Shown piece after piece: positions 1 to 9,060 of a DNA stretch of 64,000 nt. Positions within the stretch are counted from its first letter, which is position 1. Each line of letters begins with the position of its first letter. The translations under genes and the position numbers were made by a program. This DNA is from Candidatus Omnitrophota bacterium (lineage in GTDB: Bacteria; Omnitrophota; Gorgyraeia; Duberdicusellales; 4484-171): positions 64,001-128,000 of the forward strand of contig JAIPGM010000004.1 of NCBI GenBank assembly GCA_021735655.1, given 5' to 3'. The notes under the pieces were generated by a model. That model saw only the letters and a program-made list of their open reading frames with translations, ran no database searches and was not told where the DNA came from.

Positions 1-160
1 AAACCTACCGTGGGCCTAGCTTCAGTTTTAAGAAAATCATTCGGCCGGAGAATTTTTCTAACCTGTTCTTTAAATTGGCTAATCGGTAAGGATTTTTTGA
101 ATCGCTTCAAAACAGACTGCGATTGAATTGCTTTTAGAAAAACATTAGCCTTGATCATCA
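1..160 (-). CDS. partial ORF running off the left edge (N-terminal 53 aa, MMIKANVFLKAIQ...); function unknown
   Basis: ATG at 158-160 on the minus strand with no stop before position 1. Lies immediately downstream of a TTGACA-N17-TAGTAT promoter (166-194); possibly leaderless. Missed by the ORF track because it is shorter than 60 aa inside the window. Confidence 0.3.
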
Positions 161-165
161 TATAT

Positions 166-194
166 ATACTATTATAGTCATTACGGCTTGTCAA
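166..194 (-). promoter_or_regulatory. sigma70-like promoter (TTGACA-N17-TAGTAT) sharing the GCGTTGACAAGC box with the pilin promoter at 3931-3960
   Basis: Minus-strand read gcgTTGACAagccgtaatgactataaTAGTATat; -35 at 189-194, -10 at 166-171. Confidence 0.4.
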
Positions 195-210
195 CGCAAT
201 AGGAAGAATT

Positions 211-669
211 TTACTCTACTTCGGAAAAGCCAACAGGACAACTTGTTCCGATATGAATATTTGGGGCAGGAGTGTTTACAGAATTAGATCTACAAAGAAG
301 ACCGTCCTCGTCAATATAATAAGTTTTAGCTTGAGCTAAATTCTGCGGTGTGGCCGTAGCGTAGAAATCAATGTAAGTATTAGGAACCGCTTTAATAATA
401 TATTCCTGCTTTATGCCGCTAGCTAAAGAAACGTCAATATAGGGAGGCTGGGCAGAAGCTAACTCCTGTAAAGTTGCATATTCCGGGTTAGTTGCCCGCC
501 ACTGCACTTCAGCAGAACAAACAATGCGAAGAAGATTCGCCGAAATAGCTGCTCGGGCAGACATCCGCGAACGCAATAAATTAGGTATAGCCAAAGCTGC
601 CAAGACAGATATTATGGTTACAACTATCATAAGCTCCATGAGAGTTATGGCCTTTTTTAATTTTTCCAT
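211..669 (-). CDS. type IV pilin-like protein (prepilin-type N-terminal methylation domain), paralog of the pilin at 3328-3777
   Basis: N-terminus KAITLMELMIVVTIISVLAALAIPN is a class III signal / N-methylation motif. C-terminal YIDEDGLLCRSN...C region and Cys pair are shared with the second pilin. Confidence 0.8.
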   Translation of the reverse strand: MEKLKKAITLMELMIVVTIISVLAALAIPNLLRSRMSARAAISANLLRIVCSAEVQWRATNPEYATLQELASAQPPYIDVSLASGIKQEYIIKAVPNTYIDFYATATPQNLAQAKTYYIDEDGLLCRSNSVNTPAPNIHIGTSCPVGFSEVE

Positions 670-3203
670 TTTATCTTAAAAGCATAAAGGTTAGCTTTAT
701 CTAACGCTATAAACGGTTCAAAGTAATCAAGAGTCTTTGCTTTTGTAAAATAAAGCTTAGCAAGCAAGCTCTCGCCTAAAGCTTTATTCGAAACTCCGAT
801 ACATTTCCACTGACCGTTATCCTTAAAAAAGAAACCACCAGAATTAAATCGCATTGGCTGGCTCATTTTAGATTCATTATAGGTCAAGTTGTCGCCATCA
901 AAAATAAAAGTAAAACTAAGCTCTTTGAATTTTTTTTCCGGCTGTTGAAACATCGTAGCCCGAGAACTATTCAGAGCTAAAACTATGCCATTGTCAAAAT
1001 AAACAGTTCCTGAATCCTCCCTACCTGCCGCCAAATAAAGCGGAAATGTCCACTTCTCAGAAACTACCTCGTTTACCTCTCGGCCAATTCTAGAAAACAT
1101 TACCTCTTCGTAAAGAAGTTCTGCTTCTGACTGCTTTAAACCAAACACCCGAAAAAGATTATTAATCACTTCCAACTTCGGCAGATCTTGATGCTTGATT
1201 ATATAAACTTTGGCAAAATTCCAATTACCTAAAAAAGAAATGGCTGAAATTTTATAGATCATGGTCTCATCAATAAACAAATAGGCTGGTGCCGGAATTT
1301 TAACAAAAATTACATCTTTTATTTTCTTAGCTAATCCTTTAGGTATTTTGTACTCTTTAAAAATAGCCTCGATATTTTTTTCTTCAGATCTCAATATCTT
1401 ATTAAGAAAAACAATTGAGGAAAAGTCGTCACCAAGGAAAGAATTAATTTGATCAAAAAGTGCGTCTGAAGAATTATTGATCATACGTAAAATTCGTACA
1501 GCTTCCTCTTCGTTACCAGCCAAGAAAACCCTCGCCATCCAATAAGTAATCGGTGCATCTTGAATTTGTGGGTCGACTAAGGTACGTCGATTAGCTATCT
1601 CTTTAAACCAGTTGCCATAATCCCACCAACTATTAATTACGCTATTCTCAGGTGTTTTTTCCTTTATTTGGATCATAAGATCATACCAACCATCATTAAG
1701 TATTGGAAACTGTATACTGGCTTGAGAAAAGCTTCTTCGCACCGGAATTGAAACTACAAGGCAAATTAAACAAACCGCACTCAAAATAAGGCCACTTCTA
1801 ACCTTATGGCTACTAACGCCTCTTACCCAATTCGGAAGTAACCGCCAGACATCGCCCAAGCTAACACTTAAAAAAATACCTAAAGGCACAAAAAGGAATT
1901 GAGTAAAACGCAACCCTTTTAGGCTGGCAAAAAACATAACAAAGGTCCAACAGCTAAGAATCAATACTATATCTGCCCGCTTGCCTCTTTTCTCTCGCAA
2001 ATATGTCCAAAGCAAACCAAACAAAGACAACATAAATATAGCCCAACCGCCAGTATATACCGGAATACTTGTAAAGCTTCCTTGCTTTAGCTCTGACACC
2101 GTATATAAAACTGAGGGCCAAATCGAGAAAGAAAGAGAGTTGCCCAATCTTAAATTGCTAGCTAAAGAACCATAAAGAAAAGAAAAAGGTTCAACCTTTG
2201 CAATAAGTAAACAAAAAATTACACTCCCCGATAAGAAAACAGCCAGAGAAACTAGATAGGGTGCATTTTTTTTCTTCAGGGTATCTCTATCTTTAAAATG
2301 TAAACAAAAATTATTAGCCAAGGTCGCAAGAAAAAATATAACGATTACCGCGAAAATAAACCACCAACCAACCCAGCTAAAAGCATATAATCCTAAAAGC
2401 AATGAAGCTAATAAAGAGTACTTAACGATTTGTATAAAAGTTTTGCTTTTTAGCCCTATACCAAGAAACCAAACTATCAACAAAGGAAATAAAACATTAA
2501 ATACATCCTGGTCAAACCAACCAGCAGAACTACGATGAATAAACACCGGAGAAAGACCAATAAAGATAATCGCAAATATTCCGGAAATGTTCGAAAAGAA
2601 ATAACGACAGAATAGGTAAAGAACAATACAAAACACAAAGGTAAGGAAAACCGGCAAATAAAAAACAAATTTCTCCAAAGACAGGTTGGGGAAAATAAAT
2701 GAAACTGCCCTATATAAATAGGCTGAAAAATAATAAAGAAACCTCTCAGGTGGAACTAACCCTCCCTGGGGGGCAAGCATAAACTTATCATAGATCTTGC
2801 CGTCTACTATCTTATTTCCCGGATAACCATTTTCTAAGGTAAGCCTAGTAAAACGTTTTCGACAATAAGGATCAACTTCAAGTAAGTAAGTCTGACCACT
2901 ATCATCTTGATATTGTGACTTTAGCCGCTCGTATTCCTTATTAACTCGCAGTTTAAAGCCTTTAGAATTCTTTCTGCCCTCTTTGACTACCTGCTTAGCA
3001 ATTTTTTCCTTTATCAAAGAGTTATAGCCAGGATACTGCTTTTGGGTAAATTCTCGAGCCTGAGAAAGCATCCGATCCTCTATATTAAGATGGGCTCTTT
3101 TCTTAAGTTGGGGAAAGTTGGCCGGAAATAAACGTAGGTAGACATTTAGCCCCAATACAGTTGCGAGGATTAAAAAAATGGTTACTTTTTTTAGCTTATC
3201 CAT
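657..3203 (-). CDS. oligosaccharyltransferase of the STT3/AglB/PglB family (N-glycosylation OST-like), 848 aa polytopic membrane protein
   Basis: More than 10 predicted TM helices followed by a soluble C-terminal domain containing NSWWDYGNWF (WWDYG hallmark motif). First-loop LEVDPYCRKR resembles the E-x-DPY..YR loop-1 motif of STT3/AglB. The domain order (TM core then WWDYG domain) matches OSTs. Confidence 0.7.
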   Translation of the reverse strand: MDKLKKVTIFLILATVLGLNVYLRLFPANFPQLKKRAHLNIEDRMLSQAREFTQKQYPGYNSLIKEKIAKQVVKEGRKNSKGFKLRVNKEYERLKSQYQDDSGQTYLLEVDPYCRKRFTRLTLENGYPGNKIVDGKIYDKFMLAPQGGLVPPERFLYYFSAYLYRAVSFIFPNLSLEKFVFYLPVFLTFVFCIVLYLFCRYFFSNISGIFAIIFIGLSPVFIHRSSAGWFDQDVFNVLFPLLIVWFLGIGLKSKTFIQIVKYSLLASLLLGLYAFSWVGWWFIFAVIVIFFLATLANNFCLHFKDRDTLKKKNAPYLVSLAVFLSGSVIFCLLIAKVEPFSFLYGSLASNLRLGNSLSFSIWPSVLYTVSELKQGSFTSIPVYTGGWAIFMLSLFGLLWTYLREKRGKRADIVLILSCWTFVMFFASLKGLRFTQFLFVPLGIFLSVSLGDVWRLLPNWVRGVSSHKVRSGLILSAVCLICLVVSIPVRRSFSQASIQFPILNDGWYDLMIQIKEKTPENSVINSWWDYGNWFKEIANRRTLVDPQIQDAPITYWMARVFLAGNEEEAVRILRMINNSSDALFDQINSFLGDDFSSIVFLNKILRSEEKNIEAIFKEYKIPKGLAKKIKDVIFVKIPAPAYLFIDETMIYKISAISFLGNWNFAKVYIIKHQDLPKLEVINNLFRVFGLKQSEAELLYEEVMFSRIGREVNEVVSEKWTFPLYLAAGREDSGTVYFDNGIVLALNSSRATMFQQPEKKFKELSFTFIFDGDNLTYNESKMSQPMRFNSGGFFFKDNGQWKCIGVSNKALGESLLAKLYFTKAKTLDYFEPFIALDKANLYAFKIKWKN

Positions 3204-3269
3204 ATCTTTATCGATATTTTACCATACTAAGTTTAAATCGCAATAACCGGATTGACTTTAAAGGCGGGT

Positions 3270-3306
3270 CGTAAAAATAATAAGGCGGTGGGAATCCCAC
3301 CGCCTT
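3270..3306 (-). terminator. intrinsic terminator downstream of the major pilin gene
   Basis: Stem GGCGGTGGG-aatc-CCCACCGCC at 3284-3304, followed on the minus strand by ATTATTTTTAC. Confidence 0.6.
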
Positions 3307-3327
3307 ATTATTTAATCACTTTTTTGC

Positions 3328-3777
3328 TTACTGCATTTCAGCATAACCAGATGGACAAGCATTCGTACCTTCATGAGCTGCGGCAGCAGTGCCAACAGCA
3401 GTAGATCTACATAGAATTCCATCTTCATCTATATAGAAAGAATGACCTTGTGCAGCAGTATTAACTGCTCTAGCTGCAAAAGTCCCATTAGTGTTGTCGG
3501 TAACAACTGAAAAAGTATATCCCTGTTTAGTTCCACCAGCCAAAGTTGTATCAATATAGGGTGGATTCTCACTGCCTAAAGTTGCCAAGGCAGCATAACC
3601 AGGATTAGTTGCTCGATATTGAATCTCAGCGGCAGCAACTGTATGAGCGGCTGCAGCTGCAGCAGCTTCTTGGGCTGACAAACGAGCCCTCAAAAGATTG
3701 GGTATAGCTATCGCCGCTAAAAGAGCAATGATAGCTACAACGATCATAATTTCAACAAGAGTAAAACCTTTCTTCAT
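3328..3777 (-). CDS. type IV pilin (likely major pilin)
   Basis: MKKGFTLVEIMIVVAIIALLAAIAIPN is a canonical prepilin leader plus N-methyl-Phe motif. C-terminal Cys pair present. Strong SD GGAGGTG 6 nt upstream of ATG. Own near-consensus promoter and terminator make it monocistronic. Confidence 0.9.
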   Translation of the reverse strand: MKKGFTLVEIMIVVAIIALLAAIAIPNLLRARLSAQEAAAAAAAHTVAAAEIQYRATNPGYAALATLGSENPPYIDTTLAGGTKQGYTFSVVTDNTNGTFAARAVNTAAQGHSFYIDEDGILCRSTAVGTAAAAHEGTNACPSGYAEMQ

Positions 3778-3930
3778 CTTAACACCTCCAAATTTTCAAA
3801 TGGCGAGATCCTCTTTTTTAAACTTTTTCACCTCCTTTTCAAAAAAGAACCTCATTAATAAAATAATATAAAGAACACTGTTTCAAGGGCTTAACTTAAG
3901 GCTTCTTGCCTATTTTACCCGACCACTTCA

Positions 3931-3960
3931 AATATAGCATATCGACCTCAGCTTGTCAAC
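3931..3960 (-). promoter_or_regulatory. near-consensus sigma70 promoter for the major pilin (TTGACA-N17-TATATT)
   Basis: Minus-strand read ggcgTTGACAagctgaggtcgatatgcTATATTtg; -35 at 3955-3960, -10 at 3931-3936. Confidence 0.55.
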
Positions 3961-3976
3961 GCCAAGACTTAGCTTA

Positions 3977-5191
3977 TCAATGAACTCCGCCAATATATTG
4001 GGTAATTTTGATTATTGGCAAAAATAAAGAAACTACAATGCCACCAACGACTATTCCCAAAAAGCCAATAACTATAGGCTCGATTAAACTTGATAACCCA
4101 GCAACCATAGCATCAGTCTGCTCTTCATAAAATTGAGCTATCTTAGACAACATCTCCTCCAGCCTTCCGCTTTTTTCACCTACCGAAATCATCCTGGTAA
4201 CCATTGGAGGGAAAACTCCGGTTTTTTCTAAAGGAAAAGAAATCGGCTGTCCTTCTTGAATCGCTGTCCGGGACTCCATAACTGCCTCTTCAATAACAAC
4301 ATTTCCTGAGGTCTTGGCTACAATCTCCAAACACTTTAATATCGGAACTCCGCTACGAACCAAAGTAGAAAATGTCCGGGAAAATTTAGCAATCGCTAAC
4401 TTTCTAGCTAAATTTCCAAATACCGGAAGCCGTAAAATAAATTTATGGAAGTTGCGCTTGCCTTTTGGTGTTTTGATATAACGAGTAAAAAGCATGCCGC
4501 CGCCGCCTAAAATAATCAGTAAGCCAAGGATTGATGTTGGCTTTCGGGCCAAATCCGAAAAACTTATCAAAATTCTAGTAGGCAAAGGTAAAACCCCGCC
4601 AAGAGCAGAAAAAATCTCTTTAAAGGTAGGGATTACCTTAAAGATTAAAAACGAAGTTATGGCTATCGCCATAAGAACAATGATTACCGGATAATAAAGA
4701 GCCGAAATCACTTTCTTCCTTAAAGCACTGCTTTTTTCTAAGTAAAATGAAACCCGATCTAAAATCTCCGGCAAATTCCCAGAAGCTTCCGCTGCTTCAA
4801 CCATGCTTAAATAAATATCAGGAAAAACATCCTTATGCCCAGAAAGGCTGGCTGAAAGAGATGTTCCTTCTTTAACCTCGCGCAAAATAGCCCAGATAAC
4901 TTCCTTAAAATAAGCCTGCTCGGTTTGTTCGCCTAGAATGCCCAAACACTCAACTACCGGAATTCCGCTTTCAATTAAAGTAGTGAATTGACGCGAAAAA
5001 ATTACTAAATCATCGGTTTTTATCTTGCCTTTTCTTTTTTTCCTAGCCTTTTCCTTAGTCTCTTCAATTGAAAAAATAATACTCTCTTGGCCATGAAAAT
5101 GCTCAATAAGCTTTTGTTTAGACTCAGCCTCAATAACCCCCTTGGTTGTTTTTCCTTCCTTGTCCTTAACGATATATGAAAATAACTTCAT
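3977..5191 (-). CDS. pilC: type IV pilus / T2SS inner-membrane platform protein (GspF/PilC family)
   Basis: 404 aa, two T2SS-F repeats, 3 TM segments; sits immediately downstream of the PilB ATPases. Confidence 0.85.
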   Translation of the reverse strand: MKLFSYIVKDKEGKTTKGVIEAESKQKLIEHFHGQESIIFSIEETKEKARKKRKGKIKTDDLVIFSRQFTTLIESGIPVVECLGILGEQTEQAYFKEVIWAILREVKEGTSLSASLSGHKDVFPDIYLSMVEAAEASGNLPEILDRVSFYLEKSSALRKKVISALYYPVIIVLMAIAITSFLIFKVIPTFKEIFSALGGVLPLPTRILISFSDLARKPTSILGLLIILGGGGMLFTRYIKTPKGKRNFHKFILRLPVFGNLARKLAIAKFSRTFSTLVRSGVPILKCLEIVAKTSGNVVIEEAVMESRTAIQEGQPISFPLEKTGVFPPMVTRMISVGEKSGRLEEMLSKIAQFYEEQTDAMVAGLSSLIEPIVIGFLGIVVGGIVVSLFLPIIKITQYIGGVH

Positions 5192-5192
5192 C

Positions 5193-6914
5193 TCACTCCG
5201 AGATTACCCGAATAACTTCCTCTGCCGAAGTTACCCCTTCGCTACATTTTAAAAAACCATCTTCGGCCAAAGATTGGTAACCCTTAAATTCTCGAGCGTA
5301 CTGGATAATCGTTTCCTCAGTTGCTAATTCAATAATCATCTCTCTTATTTTATCATCTAAAAGAATAATTTCCAGTATTGCTACTCTACCTCTATAACCG
5401 CTGTGAGCGCAGTGAGGACAGCCCTTGGCTCGATAAATCTTTTTTGGCTCGTTGTTCCCCATTATTTTACTACTTAATCCAAACCCCAAACGCTTCAATA
5501 AATCCTTATCCGGGATATATCCTTCCTTACATTTAGGACAAAGCTTACGCACTAAACGCTGAGCAGTAAGGGCAACTAACGATGAAGCTAACAGGAATGG
5601 CTCTGTACCCATATCGCGCAGACGAGCTATTGCTCCCACTGCGCTATTGGTATGAAGAGTAGAAAGTATGGTCTCGCCGGTTAAAGAAGCTTTAATCGCT
5701 GTGTCGGCAGTCTCAGCATCTCTGATTTCACCAACCATAATTACATCCGGTGATTGACGCAAAACCGACCGTAAACCAGCAGAAAAAGTTAAGCCGATTT
5801 CAGCATTAACTTGAATTTGAGTTATACCTTCTAAATGATACTCAACCGGCTCTTCAATAGTTATAATATTTTTATCAGTCGAGTTAATCTGATTAATGAT
5901 TGAATAAAGAGTTGTTGATTTACCGCTTCCAGTTGGCCCAGTAACTAACATTATTCCAAAGGGAGCTTTGATTGCCTCTTCAAACAAAGCCAGCGGCCCG
6001 GGCGAAAACCCTAGTTTTTTTAACCCTATCGATAAGCTCTCTCTATCGAGCACCCGGAGAACAAACTTCTCGCCAAAGTGGGTAGGTAAACTAGAAACTC
6101 TAAAATCTATTTCCCGAGACTCAAATTTAACCCGAAATCTACCGTCTTGAGGAAGCCGCGACTCAGTAATGTCTAGAGATGAAATGATCTTCAAGCGAGC
6201 AATTACGGCTTGCTGGCTGGTTTTAGGAAAACTAAACTCATCGGCCAAGGATCCATCTACTCGATAACGAATTAATAATTTATCTTCACAAGGCTCAATA
6301 TGGATATCTGATGCCCGCTTCTTTAAGGCATTATAAATAATAACATCAATTGCTCTCACGACCGGAGGATGCTTGCTTTCTGAAATTGAACTCTCTAGAT
6401 CTTGTTTAGACTCTTGATGCAACAATCCTTCGCCAACCGAATCAAGAGATACATCGCTACTAAGGGTTTCGGAAATATGTTCAGCCGACTTGTATAAAAA
6501 ATTTATGGCTCTACTTATATCCTTCTCACGAGAAAGAACCAAATCAACCTTTTCGGCATTGGTAATAATCTTTATGTCGTCATGAGTAATAACATCTAAA
6601 GGATTGGCTGTGGCCAAAGTCAGAACATTGCCGATCTTGCATAAAGGAAGAACCTTATGCTTAATTGCTATATCTTTAGGTAATAGCTCTTGATTCTTGT
6701 AAGGTAGTTTATATTTTTTTAAATCAAGAAAAGGGATCTTAAGTTCTTTGGAAAACATCAATAAGAGCTCTTCTTCGCTGATAAGCCCGCTCTCAATCAA
6801 AAGGCTCCTTAAATCAGCATAGGTACGAGCTCGTTTGGCAATATCGATAAGGACCTTCTTGTCACATTTTTTGTCCTCTTGAATGTACTTTATTATCTTC
6901 TCTTTTATGGTCAT
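5193..6914 (-). CDS. pilB: type IV pilus assembly ATPase (GspE/PilB family) with N-terminal GSPII_E_N/MshEN-like domain
   Basis: Walker A GPTGSGKST, Walker B DVIMVGEIRD, His box STLHTNSA, tetracysteine CPKC...CPHC; 573 aa. Confidence 0.9.
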   Translation of the reverse strand: MTIKEKIIKYIQEDKKCDKKVLIDIAKRARTYADLRSLLIESGLISEEELLLMFSKELKIPFLDLKKYKLPYKNQELLPKDIAIKHKVLPLCKIGNVLTLATANPLDVITHDDIKIITNAEKVDLVLSREKDISRAINFLYKSAEHISETLSSDVSLDSVGEGLLHQESKQDLESSISESKHPPVVRAIDVIIYNALKKRASDIHIEPCEDKLLIRYRVDGSLADEFSFPKTSQQAVIARLKIISSLDITESRLPQDGRFRVKFESREIDFRVSSLPTHFGEKFVLRVLDRESLSIGLKKLGFSPGPLALFEEAIKAPFGIMLVTGPTGSGKSTTLYSIINQINSTDKNIITIEEPVEYHLEGITQIQVNAEIGLTFSAGLRSVLRQSPDVIMVGEIRDAETADTAIKASLTGETILSTLHTNSAVGAIARLRDMGTEPFLLASSLVALTAQRLVRKLCPKCKEGYIPDKDLLKRLGFGLSSKIMGNNEPKKIYRAKGCPHCAHSGYRGRVAILEIILLDDKIREMIIELATEETIIQYAREFKGYQSLAEDGFLKCSEGVTSAEEVIRVISE

Positions 6915-6915
6915 C

Positions 6916-8619
6916 TTATTTTAATGGTTCATCTGGCGCAGTAACTTTAAGTACTTCTTCTAAAGTAGTAATTCCTTTTTCGACTTTCAAAATTCCATCC
7001 TGGCGCAAAGTACGCATACCTAGGTTACGGGCTTTTTTCTTAATGATACTTTCTGAAGCCGAAGAGTTTACTAAATTTTTTATTTGTTGATCAACGTGCA
7101 GATACTCACAAAGGGCAACTCTTCCCTTATAGCCAGTATTCTGGCAATTTCTACAGCCTTTTGATTTATAAATTAAAACTTCTTTATTAATAAGATATCG
7201 CTCGCGAACCGAATCAGATAATTCAAATTCCTCTTTACACTTAGGACACAACATTCGCACTAAACGCTGAGTGAGCACCCCAACCAATGTCGAAGAAAGC
7301 AAAAATGGCTCAACTCCCATATTAATAAGACGAGTGATTGAACCTGCGCTGGTCGTAGTATGAAGTGTGGAAAGAACTAAGTGCCCGGTTAAAGCTGACT
7401 TTATGGCCATGTCAGCAGTGTCAGCATCTCTGACCTCACCGATCATTATTATGTCCGGATCCTGACGCAATATTGAACGTAAACAGGCAGAAAAAGTCAA
7501 ATGAATCGAAGGATTAATACTGGTTTGGTTGATCCCTTTTAATTGGTATTCTATCGGATCTTCTACGGTAACTATGTTCTTCTCCGGTGCGTAAACATGT
7601 TTAATCACCGAATAAAGGCTGGTGGTCTTACCGGCCCCAGTAGGACCACAAACCAAAAGAAGACCGTGAGACTTAAGACTATCTTCCCGTAACTGTTTTA
7701 AAACATCTTCTTCAAACCCCAAAAGATCCAAATTAAGTAAAGCAGTTGCCTTATCTAAAACTCTAATCGCGACTTTTTCTCCAACACTAGTAGGAAGAAC
7801 TGAAACTCGAAAATCAACATTTTTATTTGAAATTCTGCTCCGAAATCTTCCTTCTTGAGGCAAACGGTGTTCGGCAATGTTTAAATTACACATTACCTTT
7901 ATCCGTGATATAGCAAAAGGATGAATTTTTTTTGAAAAGGTATCGATTTCTTGCAAAATTCCGTCAATCCGAAATCGAATCCGACTTACGTTTTCTAAGG
8001 GTTCTATCAGAATATCTGAAGCGGCCTCTTCAACTGCCTTAGTTAAAAAAGAATTGGTAAACTTTATTACCGGAGCCTCTTCAATTGAACGGACGATTTC
8101 TTCTTGAGTTACTTCCTTTTTGACCTTTTTTACAAACTCTAAGCTTTCGGCATGCTGCCCCTTAATAATATCCTCAATCGAAACCATATGGACCTGAGAA
8201 TAATGCATTGAGATGGCTTCTTTTATTTCTGAAAGCGGGGCAATTATCGGATTTACTTCACACTTAGTAATTTTTTTAATATCGTCAATAACTAAAATAT
8301 CTAAAGGATCACCCATGGCCAAGGTTAAGGTGTTGCCAATCTTGCCGATTGGTAAAACCTTATGGTCTCGGGCGACTCTTTCCGGAACTAAAGATATGAT
8401 CTCCTTGGGAATATTAAGATTAAGGATTCGAACCGGTGGGATTGAAAGATAGCTAGATAGTAAATCGAGAAGATCTGGTTCTTTTATGTAGCCTAACTGC
8501 ATAAGCTGCTCAACTAAAGAACCGCCCTTCTCCTTGTGGACGACTAAGACTTTATCTAAATCCTGTTTAGTTAAAAGTCCTTTTTCTAATATGTAATCGG
8601 TAAATTTTTTACTCTTCAT
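6916..8619 (-). CDS. second GspE/PilB-family secretion ATPase paralog with N-terminal GSPII_E_N domain
   Basis: Walker A GPTGAGKTT, DIIMIGEVRD, TLHTTTS, CPKC...CRNC; 567 aa. Tandem to pilB with a 1-nt spacer. Confidence 0.85.
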   Translation of the reverse strand: MKSKKFTDYILEKGLLTKQDLDKVLVVHKEKGGSLVEQLMQLGYIKEPDLLDLLSSYLSIPPVRILNLNIPKEIISLVPERVARDHKVLPIGKIGNTLTLAMGDPLDILVIDDIKKITKCEVNPIIAPLSEIKEAISMHYSQVHMVSIEDIIKGQHAESLEFVKKVKKEVTQEEIVRSIEEAPVIKFTNSFLTKAVEEAASDILIEPLENVSRIRFRIDGILQEIDTFSKKIHPFAISRIKVMCNLNIAEHRLPQEGRFRSRISNKNVDFRVSVLPTSVGEKVAIRVLDKATALLNLDLLGFEEDVLKQLREDSLKSHGLLLVCGPTGAGKTTSLYSVIKHVYAPEKNIVTVEDPIEYQLKGINQTSINPSIHLTFSACLRSILRQDPDIIMIGEVRDADTADMAIKSALTGHLVLSTLHTTTSAGSITRLINMGVEPFLLSSTLVGVLTQRLVRMLCPKCKEEFELSDSVRERYLINKEVLIYKSKGCRNCQNTGYKGRVALCEYLHVDQQIKNLVNSSASESIIKKKARNLGMRTLRQDGILKVEKGITTLEEVLKVTAPDEPLK

Positions 8620-9060
8620 TTAAGGGTAGAATCTACCTATACCACTACGTATGTCTGAAGGGGTACTAACAAATATTTGGATATCGCAATGGGTCAGGTC
8701 TTCTAAATCTTCAATGGCATGAATATTAAGAGGATTGGCCATAGCTAAAGTCAAAGTGTTCCCTATTTTATCTATTGGAAGTAAACAATAATGACCGCAA
8801 ACGTTTTTGGGGACTAAAGAAACTACCTCTTCGGAAACTTGATAGTTCTCTAAAGGAAGATAGGGATAACCAAACTGTAAAGACAAGCAATAGGCAATAT
8901 CTTCCTCTTTGGCAAAGCCTAAACTTACAATGACTTCACCGATTAAACCTCCTTGACGTTTCTGGCTTGTTATAGCTTCCTTCAGTTGATCGGGAGTAAT
9001 TACCCCTCTTTCTGCTAAAATCTGCCCCAAAGGCTTATCTATTTTTTTGTGAGATTTCAT
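8620..9060 (-). CDS. standalone MshEN-type (T2SS-E N-terminal) domain protein, putative c-di-GMP receptor
   Basis: 146 aa with no ATPase domain. Carries two tandem 24-aa motifs PLGQILAERGVITPDQLKEAITSQ and LIGEVIVSLGFAKEEDIAYCLSLQ separated by the 5-aa spacer KRQGG. This matches the MshEN c-di-GMP-binding motif RLGxxLLxxGLLxxxxLxxxLxxQ x2. Confidence 0.65.
   Translation of the reverse strand: MKSHKKIDKPLGQILAERGVITPDQLKEAITSQKRQGGLIGEVIVSLGFAKEEDIAYCLSLQFGYPYLPLENYQVSEEVVSLVPKNVCGHYCLLPIDKIGNTLTLAMANPLNIHAIEDLEDLTHCDIQIFVSTPSDIRSGIGRFYP

Noticed and set aside
1981-2175. Plus-strand ORFs of 60-134 aa embedded in minus-strand genes. Examples: 1981-2175, 4494-4694, 5968-6150, 8213-8452, 22909-23241, 25017-25376, 31138-31443, 32274-32570, 45376-45741, 54003-54407, 60416-60733.
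   Set aside because: All lie antisense inside well-supported genes, lack RBSs and show low-complexity or atypical composition. They are shadow ORFs.
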